From Auanema rhodensis (lineage: Eukaryota; Animalia; Nematoda), in assembly GCA_964057225.1 (NCBI GenBank), contig OZ059896.1, positions 21,452,001 through 21,516,000 of the forward strand: a stretch of 64,000 nucleotides of DNA, read 5' to 3'. A program made the position numbers and the translations under genes. The first letter of the stretch is position 1. Each line of letters opens with the position of its first letter. Shown piece by piece: positions 1 to 10,900 of this stretch. The notes under the pieces are model-generated. The model did no database searches. It was not told the DNA's origin and was given only the letters and a program-made list of their open reading frames with translations.

Positions 1-100
1 TTTAGCAAAAAGTAGATGTTTTTAGATTCCTTTTTTCAAGGCAAAGACGATGGACAATGTTATTCAACGAAAAAATTAATTCTTCAGGGTGAAAATCGAG

Positions 101-122
101 GATATAAGTGTGAACTTATATC
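101..122. other. Inverted repeat 1 of the monomer (shown for copy 1)
   Basis: GATATAAGT-gtga-ACTTATATC is a perfect 9-bp stem. The common 113C allele gives 10-bp arms (GATATAAGTG-tg-CACTTATATC). Confidence 0.9.
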
Positions 123-132
123 AGTTGATATC

Positions 133-199
133 TCGGTGCATTTTTAAGCTAGCGCAAATCTGATAACACAGATCGACGCAGCTTAAAAATCCGCATCGA
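133..199. other. Inverted repeat 2: long compound hairpin of the monomer (shown for copy 1)
   Basis: ATTTTTAAGCT(140-150)/AGCTTAAAAAT(180-190) is a perfect 11-bp stem. Inner stems are GCG/CGC and ATCTG(158-162)/CAGAT(169-173) with loop ATAACA. The outer stem TCGGTGC(133-139)/GCATCGA(193-199) has one G-T pair. Confidence 0.88.
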
Positions 200-273
200 A
201 TGCACTATACCACATTGAGAAACGCTTAATACAAAAATTAGTTATGATCGTTTGAAAAATGATGCATTAGTGT

Positions 274-301
274 ATGTTGAGTTTCCATGTACACTCAACA
301 T
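274..301. other. Inverted repeat 3 of the monomer (shown for copy 1)
   Basis: ATGTTGAGT(274-282)/ACTCAACAT(293-301) is a perfect 9-bp stem with a 10-nt loop. Confidence 0.9.
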
Positions 302-314
302 TGCTTCCAAAAAC

Positions 315-349
315 ATTTTGACAAAAATTTTTTCGAAAAATTTCAAAAT
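315..349. other. Inverted repeat 4: AT-rich imperfect palindrome centred on TTTTTCGAAAAA (shown for copy 1)
   Basis: A perfect 12-bp palindrome at 329-340 is nested within ATTTTGA(315-321)/TCAAAAT(343-349). Confidence 0.85.
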
Positions 350-2106
350 AATTTAGCAAAAAGTAGATGTTTTTAGATTCCTTTTTTTAAAGCAAAGACG
401 ATGGACGATGTTATTCAACGAAAAAATTTATTCTTCAGGGTGAAAATCGAGGATATAAGTGTGCACTTATATCAGTTGATATCTCGGTGCATTTTTAAGC
501 TAGCGCAAATCTGATAACACAGATCGACGCAGCTTAAAAATCCGCATCGAATGCACTATACCACATTGAGAAACGCTTAATACAAAAATTAGTTATGATC
601 GTTTGAAAAATGATGCATTAGTGTATGTTGAGTTTCCATGTACACTCAACATTGCTTCCAAAAACATTTTGACAAAAATTTTTTCGAAAAATTTCAAAAT
701 AATTTAGCAAAAAGTAGATGTTTTTAGATTCCTTTTTTTAAGGCAAAGACGATGGACAATGTTATTCAACGAAAAAATTAATTCTTCAGGGTGAAAATCG
801 AGGATATAAGTGTGAACTTATATCAGTTGATATCTCGGTGCATTTTTAAGCTAGCGCAAATCTGATAACACAGATCGACGCAGCTTAAAAATCCGCATCG
901 AATGCACTATACTACTTTGAGAAACGCTTAATACAAAAATTAGTTATGATCGTTTGAAAAATGATGCATTAGTGTATGTTGAGTTTTCATGTACACTCAA
1001 CATTGCTTCCAAAAACATTTTGACAAAAATTTTTTCGAAAAATTTCAAAATAATTTAGCAAAAAGTAGATGTTTTTAGATTCCTTTTTTTAAGGCAAAGA
1101 CGATGGACAATGTTATTCAACAAAAAAATTAATTCTTCAGGGTGAAAATCGAGGATATAAGTGTGAACTTATATCAGTTGATATCTCGGTGCATTTTTAA
1201 GCTAGCGCAAATCTGATAACACAGATCGACGCAGCTTAAAAATCCGCATCGAATGCACTATACCACATTGAGAAACGCTTAATACAAAAATTAGTTATGA
1301 TCGTTTGAAAAATGATGCATTAGTGTATGTTGAGTTTCCATGTACACTCAACATTGCTTCCAAAAACATTTTGACAAAAATTTTTTCGAAAAATTTCAAA
1401 ATAATTTAGCAAAAAGTAGATGTTTTTAGATTCCTTTTTTTAAGGCAAAGACGATGGACAATGTTATTCAACGAAAAAATTAATTCTTCAGGGTGAAAAT
1501 CGAGGATATAAGTGTGAACTTATATCAGTTGATATCTCGGTGCATTTTTAAGCTAGCGCAAATCTGATAACACAGATCGACGCAGCTTAAAAATCCGCAT
1601 CGAATGCACTATACTACTTTGAGAAACGCTTAGTACAAAAATTAGTTATGATCGTTTGAAAAATGATGCATTAGTGTATGTTGAGTTTTCATGTACACTC
1701 AACATTGCTTCCAAAAACATTTTGACAAAAATTTTTTCGAAAAATTTCAAAATAATTTAGCAAAAAGTAGATGTTTTTAGATTCCTTTTTTTAAGGCAAA
1801 GACGATGGACAATGTTATTCAACGAAAAAATTAATTCTTCAGGGTGAAAATCGAGGATATAAGTGTGAACTTATATCAGTTGATATCTCGGTGCATTTTT
1901 AAGCTAGCGCAAATCTGATAACACAGATCGACGCAGCTTAAAAATCCGCATCGAATGCACTATACCACATTGAGAAACGCTTAATACAAAAATTAGTTAT
2001 GATCGTTTGAAAAATGATGCATTAGTGTATGTTGAGTTTCCATGTACACTCAACATTGCTTCCAAAAACATTTTGACAAAAATTTTTTCGAAAAATTTCA
2101 AAATAA

Positions 2107-4914
2107 TTTAGCAAAAAGTAGATATTTTTAGATTCTTTTTTTTAAGGCAAAGACGATGGACGATGTTATTCAACGAAAAAATTAATTCTTCAGGGTGAAA
2201 ATCGAGGATATAAGTGTGCACTTATATCAGTTGATATCTCGGTGCATTTTTAAGCTAGCGCAAATCTGATAACACAGATCGACGCAGCTTAAAAATCCGC
2301 ATCGAATGCACTATACTACATTGAGAAACGCTTAATACAAAAAATAGTTATGATCGTTTGAAAAATGATGCATTAGTGTATGTTGAGTTTCCATGTACAC
2401 TCAACATTGCTTCCAAAAACATTTTGACAAAAATTTTTTCGAAAAATTTCAAAATAATTTAGCAAAAAGTAGATGTTTTTAGATTCCTTTTTTCAAGGCA
2501 AAGACGATGAACAATGTTATTCAACGAAAAAATCAATTCTTCAGGGTGAAAATCGAGGATATAAGTGTGAACTTATATCAGTTGATATCTCGGTGCATTT
2601 TTAAGCTAGCGCAAATCTGATAACACAGATCGACGCAGCTTAAAAATCCGCATCGAATGCACTATACCACATTGAGAAACGCTTAATACAAAAATTAGTT
2701 ATGATCGTTTGAAAAATGATGCATTAGTGTATGTTGAGTTTCCATGTACACTCAACATTGCTTCCAAAAACATTTTGACAAAAATTTTTTCGAAAAATTT
2801 CAAAATAATTTAGCAAAAAGTAGATGTTTTTAGATTCCTTTTTTTAAGGCAAAGACGATGGACAATGTTATTCAACGAAAAAATTAATTCTTCAGGGTGA
2901 AAATCGAGGATATAAGTGTGAACTTATATCAGTTGATATCTCGGTGCATTTTTAAGCTAGCGCAAATCTGATAACACAGATCGACGCAGCTTAAAAATCC
3001 GCATCGAATGCACTATACCACATTGAGAAACGCTTAATACAAAAATTAGTTATGATCGTTTGAAAAATGATGCATTAGTGTATGTTGAGTTTCCATGTAC
3101 ACTCAACATTGCTTCCAAAAACATTTTGACAAAAATTTTTTCGAAAAATTTCAAAATAATTTAGCAAAAAGTAGATGTTTTTAGATTCCTTTTTTTAAGG
3201 CAAAGACGATGGACGATGTTATTCAACGAAAAAATTAATTCTTCAGGGTGAAAATCGAGGATATAAGTGTGCACTTATATCAGTTGATATCTCGGTGCAT
3301 TTTTAAGCTAGCGCAAATCTGATAACACAGATCGACGCAGCTTAAAAATCCGCATCGAATGCACTATACCACATTGAGAAACGCTTAATACAAAAATTAG
3401 TTATGATCGTTTGAAAAATGATGCATTAGTGTATGTTGAGTTTCCATGTACACTCAACATTGCTTCCAAAAACATTTTGACAAAAATTTTTTCGAAAAAT
3501 TTCAAAATAATTTAGCAAAAAGTAGATATTTTTAGATTCTTTTTTTTAAGGCAAAGACGATGGACGATGTTATTCAACGAAAAAATTAATTCTTCAGGGT
3601 GAAAATCGAGGATATAAGTGTGCACTTATATCAGTTGATATCTCGGTGCATTTTTAAGCTAGCGCAAATCTGATAACACAGATCGACGCAGCTTAAAAAT
3701 CCGCATCGAATGCACTATACTACATTGAGAAACGCTTAATACAAAAAATAGTTATGATCGTTTGAAAAATGATGCATTAGTGTATGTTGAGTTTCCATGT
3801 ACACTCAACATTGCTTCCAAAAACATTTTGACAAAAATTTTTTCGAAAAATTTCAAAATAATTTAGCAAAAAGTAGATGTTTTTAGATTCCTTTTTTCAA
3901 GGCAAAGACGATGAACAATGTTATTCAACGAAAAAATCAATTCTTCAGGGTGAAAATCGAGGATATAAGTGTGAACTTATATCAGTTGATATCTCGGTGC
4001 ATTTTTAAGCTAGCGCAAATCTGATAACACAGATCGACGCAGCTTAAAAATCCGCATCGAATGCACTATACCACATTGAGAAACGCTTAATACAAAAATT
4101 AGTTATGATCGTTTGAAAAATGATGCATTAGTGTATGTTGAGTTTCCATGTACACTCAACATTGCTTCCAAAAACATTTTGACAAAAATTTTTTCGAAAA
4201 ATTTCAAAATAATTTAGCAAAAAGTAGATGTTTTTAGATTCCTTTTTTTAAGGCAAAGACGATGGACAATGTTATTCAACGAAAAAATTAATTCTTCAGG
4301 GTGAAAATCGAGGATATAAGTGTGAACTTATATCAGTTGATATCTCGGTGCATTTTTAAGCTAGCGCAAATCTGATAACACAGATCGACGCAGCTTAAAA
4401 ATCCGCATCGAATGCACTATACCACATTGAGAAACGCTTAATACAAAAATTAGTTATGATCGTTTGAAAAATGATGCATTAGTGTATGTTGAGTTTCCAT
4501 GTACACTCAACATTGCTTCCAAAAACATTTTGACAAAAATTTTTTCGAAAAATTTCAAAATAATTTAGCAAAAAGTAGATGTTTTTAGATTCCTTTTTTT
4601 AAGGCAAAGACGATGGACGATGTTATTCAACGAAAAAATTAATTCTTCAGGGTGAAAATCGAGGATATAAGTGTGCACTTATATCAGTTGATATCTCGGT
4701 GCATTTTTAAGCTAGCGCAAATCTGATAACACAGATCGACGCAGCTTAAAAATCCGCATCGAATGCACTATACCACATTGAGAAACGCTTAATACAAAAA
4801 TTAGTTATGATCGTTTGAAAAATGATGCATTAGTGTATGTTGAGTTTCCATGTACACTCAACATTGCTTCCAAAAACATTTTGACAAAAATTTTTTCGAA
4901 AAATTTCAAAATAA
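2107..4914 (+). repeat. Local 4-monomer higher-order repeat (1404 bp x2)
   Basis: Copies 7-10 and 11-14 show the same ordered variants: a GATATT+TTCT monomer at 2107/3511, a GATGAA+ATCAAT monomer at 2458/3862, then two further matching monomers. Confidence 0.85.
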
Positions 4915-7900
4915 TTTAGCAAAAAGTAGATGTTTTTAGATTCCTTTTTTTAAAGCAAAGACGATGGACGATGTTATTCAACGAAAAAATTAATTCTTCA
5001 TTGTGAAAATCGAGGATATAAGTGTGCACTTATATCAGTTGATATCTCGGTGCATTTTTAAGCTAGCGCAAATCTGATAACACAGATCGACGCAGCTTAA
5101 AAATCCGCATCGAATGCACTATACCACATTGAGAAACGCTTAATACAAAAATTAGTTATGATCGTTTGAAAAATGATGCATTAGTGTATGTTGAGTTTCC
5201 ATGTACACTCAACATTGCTTCCAAAAACATTTTGACAAAAATTTTTTCGAAAAATTTCAAAATAATTTAGCAAAAAGTAGATGTTTTTAGATTCCTTTTT
5301 TTAAAGCAAAGACGATGGACGATGTTATTCAACGAAAAAATTAATTCTTCATTGTGAAAATCGAGGATATAAGTGTGCACTTATATCAGTTGATATCTCG
5401 GTGCATTTTTAAGCTAGCGCAAATCTGATAACACAGATCGACGCAGCTTAAAAATCCGCATCGAATGCACTATACTACATTGAGAAACGCTTAATACAAA
5501 AAATAGTTATGATCGTTTGAAAAATGATGCATTAGTGTATGTTGAGTTTCCATGTACACTCAACATTGCTTCCAAAAACATTTTGACAAAAATTTTTTCG
5601 AAAAATTTCAAAATAATTTAGCAAAAAGTAGATGTTTTTAGATTCCTTTTTTCAAGGCAAAGACGATGAACAATGTTATTCAACGAAAAAATCAATTCTT
5701 CAGGGTGAAAATCGAGGATATAAGTGTGAACTTATATCAGTTGATATCTCGGTGCATTTTTAAGCTAGCGCAAATCTGATAACACAGATCGACGCAGCTT
5801 AAAAATCCGCATCGAATGCACTATACCACATTGAGAAACGCTTAATACAAAAATTAGTTATGATCGTTTGAAAAATGATGCATTAGTGTATGTTGAGTTT
5901 CCATGTACACTCAACATTGCTTCCAAAAACATTTTGACAAAAATTTTTTCGAAAAATTTCAAAATAATTTAGCAAAAAGTAGATGTTTTTAGATTCCTTT
6001 TTTTAAAGCAAAGACGATGGACGATGTTATTCAACGAAAAAATTAATTCTTCATTGTGAAAATCGAGGATATAAGTGTGCACTTATATCAGTTGATATCT
6101 CGGTGCATTTTTAAGCTAGCGCAAATCTGATAACACAGATCGACGCAGCTTAAAAATCCGCATCGAATGCACTATACTACATTGAGAAACGCTTAATACA
6201 AAAATTAGTTATGATCGTTTGAAAAATGATGCATTAGTGTATGTTGAGTTTCCATGTACACTCAACATTGCTTCCAAAAACATTTTGACAAAAATTTTTT
6301 CGAAAAATTTCAAAATAATTTAGCAAAAAGTAGATGTTTTTAGATTCCTTTTTTTAAAGCAAAGACGATGGACGATGTTATTCAACGAAAAAATTAATTC
6401 TTCATTGTGAAAATCGAGGATATAAGTGTGCACTTATATCAGTTGATATCTCGGTGCATTTTTAAGCTAGCGCAAATCTGATAACACAGATCGACGCAGC
6501 TTAAAAATCCGCATCGAATGCACTATACCACATTGAGAAACGCTTAATACAAAAATTAGTTATGATCGTTTGAAAAATGATGCATTAGTGTATGTTGAGT
6601 TTCCATGTACACTCAACATTGCTTCCAAAAACATTTTGACAAAAATTTTTTCGAAAAATTTCAAAATAATTTAGCAAAAAGTAGATGTTTTTAGATTCCT
6701 TTTTTTAAAGCAAAGACGATGGACGATGTTATTCAACGAAAAAATTAATTCTTCATTGTGAAAATCGAGGATATAAGTGTGCACTTATATCAGTTGATAT
6801 CTCGGTGCATTTTTAAGCTAGCGCAAATCTGATAACACAGATCGACGCAGCTTAAAAATCCGCATCGAATGCACTATACTACATTGAGAAACGCTTAATA
6901 CAAAAAATAGTTATGATCGTTTGAAAAATGATGCATTAGTGTATGTTGAGTTTCCATGTACACTCAACATTGCTTCCAAAAACATTTTGACAAAAATTTT
7001 TTCGAAAAATTTCAAAATAATTTAGCAAAAAGTAGATGTTTTTAGATTCCTTTTTTCAAGGCAAAGACGATGAACAATGTTATTCAACGAAAAAATCAAT
7101 TCTTCAGGGTGAAAATCGAGGATATAAGTGTGAACTTATATCAGTTGATATCTCGGTGCATTTTTAAGCTAGCGCAAATCTGATAACACAGATCGACGCA
7201 GCTTAAAAATCCGCATCGAATGCACTATACCACATTGAGAAACGCTTAATACAAAAATTAGTTATGATCGTTTGAAAAATGATGCATTAGTGTATGTTGA
7301 GTTTCCATGTACACTCAACATTGCTTCCAAAAACATTTTGACAAAAATTTTTTCGAAAAATTTCAAAATAATTTAGCAAAAAGTAGATGTTTTTAGATTC
7401 CTTTTTTTAAGGCAAAGACGATGGACAATGTTATTCAACGAAAAAATTAATTCTTCAGGGTGAAAATCGAGGATATAAGTGTGAACTTATATCAGTTGAT
7501 ATCTCGGTGCATTTTTAAGCTAGCGCAAATCTGATAACACAGATCGACGCAGCTTAAAAATCCGCATCGAATGCACTATACCACATTGAGAAACGCTTAA
7601 TACAAAAATTAGTTATGATCGTTTGAAAAATGATGCATTAGTGTATGTTGAGTTTCCATGTACACTCAACATTGCTTCCAAAAACATTTTGACAAAAATT
7701 TTTTCGAAAAATTTCAAAATAATTTAGCAAAAAGTAGATGTTTTTAGATTCCTTTTTTTAAGGCAAAGACGATGGACGATGTTATTCAACGAAAAAATTA
7801 ATTCTTCAGGGTGAAAATCGAGGATATAAGTGTGCACTTATATCAGTTGATATCTCGGTGCATTTTTAAGCTAGCGCAAATCTGATAACACAGATCGACG

Positions 7901-10900
7901 CAGCTTAAAAATCCGCATCGAATGCACTATACCACATTGAGAAACGCTTAATACAAAAATTAGTTATGATCGTTTGAAAAATGATGCATTAGTGTATGTT
8001 GAGTTTCCATGTACACTCAACATTGCTTCCAAAAACATTTTGACAAAAATTTTTTCGAAAAATTTCAAAATAATTTAGCAAAAAGTAGATATTTTTAGAT
8101 TCTTTTTTTTAAGGCAAAGACGATGGACGATGTTATTCAACGAAAAAATTAATTCTTCAGGGTGAAAATCGAGGATATAAGTGTGCACTTATATCAGTTG
8201 ATATCTCGGTGCATTTTTAAGCTAGCGCAAATCTGATAACACAGATCGACGCAGCTTAAAAATCCGCATCGAATGCACTATACTACATTGAGAAACGCTT
8301 AATACAAAAAATAGTTATGATCGTTTGAAAAATGATGCATTAGTGTATGTTGAGTTTCCATGTACACTCAACATTGCTTCCAAAAACATTTTGACAAAAA
8401 TTTTTTCGAAAAATTTCAAAATAATTTAGCAAAAAGTAGATGTTTTTAGATTCCTTTTTTCAAGGCAAAGACGATGAACAATGTTATTCAACGAAAAAAT
8501 CAATTCTTCAGGGTGAAAATCGAGGATATAAGTGTGAACTTATATCAGTTGATATCTCGGTGCATTTTTAAGCTAGCGCAAATCTGATAACACAGATCGA
8601 CGCAGCTTAAAAATCCGCATCGAATGCACTATACCACATTGAGAAACGCTTAATACAAAAATTAGTTATGATCGTTTGAAAAATGATGCATTAGTGTATG
8701 TTGAGTTTCCATGTACACTCAACATTGCTTCCAAAAACATTTTGACAAAAATTTTTTCGAAAAATTTCAAAATAATTTAGCAAAAAGTAGATGTTTTTAG
8801 ATTCCTTTTTTTAAGGCAAAGACGATGGACAATGTTATTCAACGAAAAAATTAATTCTTCAGGGTGAAAATCGAGGATATAAGTGTGAACTTATATCAGT
8901 TGATATCTCGGTGCATTTTTAAGCTAGCGCAAATCTGATAACACAGATCGACGCAGCTTAAAAATCCGCATCGAATGCACTATACCACATTGAGAAACGC
9001 TTAATACAAAAATTAGTTATGATCGTTTGAAAAATGATGCATTAGTGTATGTTGAGTTTCCATGTACACTCAACATTGCTTCCAAAAACATTTTGACAAA
9101 AATTTTTTCGAAAAATTTCAAAATAATTTAGCAAAAAGTAGATGTTTTTAGATTCCTTTTTTTAAGGCAAAGACGATGGACGATGTTATTCAACGAAAAA
9201 ATTAATTCTTCAGGGTGAAAATCGAGGATATAAGTGTGCACTTATATCAGTTGATATCTCGGTGCATTTTTAAGCTAGCGCAAATCTGATAACACAGATC
9301 GACGCAGCTTAAAAATCCGCATCGAATGCACTATACCACATTGAGAAACGCTTAATACAAAAATTAGTTATGATCGTTTGAAAAATGATGCATTAGTGTA
9401 TGTTGAGTTTCCATGTACACTCAACATTGCTTCCAAAAACATTTTGACAAAAATTTTTTCGAAAAATTTCAAAATAATTTAGCAAAAAGTAGATGTTTTT
9501 AGATTCCTTTTTTTAAAGCAAAGACGATGGACGATGTTATTCAACGAAAAAATTAATTCTTCATTGTGAAAATCGAGGATATAAGTGTGCACTTATATCA
9601 GTTGATATCTCGGTGCATTTTTAAGCTAGCGCAAATCTGATAACACAGATCGACGCAGCTTAAAAATCCGCATCGAATGCACTATACCACATTGAGAAAC
9701 GCTTAATACAAAAATTAGTTATGATCGTTTGAAAAATGATGCATTAGTGTATGTTGAGTTTCCATGTACACTCAACATTGCTTCCAAAAACATTTTGACA
9801 AAAGTTTTTTCGAAAAATTTCAAAATAATTTAGCAAAAAGTAGATGTTTTTAGATTCCTTTTTTTAAGGCAAAGACGATGGACAATGTTATTCAACGAAA
9901 AAATTAATTCTTCAGGGTGAAAATCGAGGATATAAGTGTGAACTTATATCAGTTGATATCTCGGTGCATTTTTAAGCTAGCGCAAATCTGATAACACAGA
10001 TCGACGCAGCTTAAAAATCCGCATCGAATGCACTATACCACATTGAGAAACGCTTAATACAAAAATTAGTTATGATCGTTTGAAAAATGATGCATTAGTG
10101 TATGTTGAGTTTCCATGTACACTCAACATTGCTTCCAAAAACATTTTGACAAAAATTTTTTCGAAAAATTTCAAAATAATTTAGCAAAAAGTAGATGTTT
10201 TTAGATTCCTTTTTTTAAGGCAAAGACGATGGACGATGTTATTCAACGAAAAAATTAATTCTTCAGGGTGAAAATCGAGGATATAAGTGTGCACTTATAT
10301 CAGTTGATATCTCGGTGCATTTTTAAGCTAGCGCAAATCTGATAACACAGATCGACGCAGCTTAAAAATCCGCATCGAATGCACTATACTACATTGAGAA
10401 ACGCTTAATACAAAAAATAGTTATGATCGTTTGAAAAATGATGCATTAGTGTATGTTGAGTTTCCATGTACACTCAACATTGCTTCCAAAAACATTTTGA
10501 CAAAATTTTTTTCGAAAATTTTCAAAATAATTTAGCAAAAAGTAGATGTTTTTAGATTCCTTTTTTCAAGGCAAAGACGATGAACAATGTTATTCAACGA
10601 AAAAATCAATTCTTCAGGGTGAAAATCGAGGATATAAGTGTGCACTTATATCAGTTGATATCTCGGTGCATTTTTAAGCTAGCGCAAATCTGATAACACA
10701 GATCGACGAAGCTTAAAAATCCGCATCGAATGCACTATACTACATTGAGAAACGCTTAATACAAAAATTAGTTATGATCGTTTGAAAAATGATGCATTAG
10801 TGTATGTTGAGTTTCCATGTACACTCAACATTGCTTCCAAAAACATTTTGACAAAAATTTTTTCGAAAAATTTCAAAATAATTTAGCAAAAAGTAGATGT

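Larger units (their letters stand above)
1..351 (+). repeat. Reference monomer (copy 1)
   Basis: 351 bp; manual count G=57, C=54 (about 31.6% GC); 12 CpG; four TCGA sites (96, 173, 196, 333); EcoRV GATATC at 127 and NheI GCTAGC at 148. Confidence 0.97.

Noticed and set aside
160-190. Hammerhead ribozyme as found in some satellites and retrozymes (CTGATAA ... GAAA in the A185G allele)
   Set aside because: The core would be CUGAUAA, lacking the conserved G of CUGANGA, and no stem II or III can be formed; nothing convincing on the minus strand.
191-200. CENP-B box-like motif (CCGCATCGAA; also TTCGAAAAA at 332-340)
   Set aside because: Spacing and bases do not fit TTCGNNNNANNCGGG on either strand.
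143-214. Intact tRNA gene
   Set aside because: Acceptor, D and anticodon stems do not pair; only loose box-like motifs are present (kept as a low-interest finding).
16-255. Alternative genetic code (TAA/TAG = Gln, ciliate-type) making the three TAA/CAA toggles synonymous and most monomers coding
   Set aside because: Tempting, but the common A185G allele makes TGA at the same codon, G18A/G18T remove the ATG, and T>C is the only transition that removes a TAA, so ascertainment explains the pattern.
1-351. Continuous repeat protein, since 351 is divisible by 3
   Set aside because: Essentially fixed stops in this frame (TAG 13, TGA 253, TAG 268, TGA 319, TAA 349), and the ORF track reports nothing else in any frame.
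1-351. MITE or DNA-transposon identity of the monomer
   Set aside because: Internal palindromes are compatible with such an origin, but there are no terminal inverted repeats, target-site duplications or recognisable family termini, so it cannot be supported without a database search.
1-351. Assignment to known satellites of 340-360 bp (Drosophila 359-bp 1.688, tenebrionid beetle satellites)
   Set aside because: Only length, AT content and inverted repeats are similar; I cannot recognise sequence identity.
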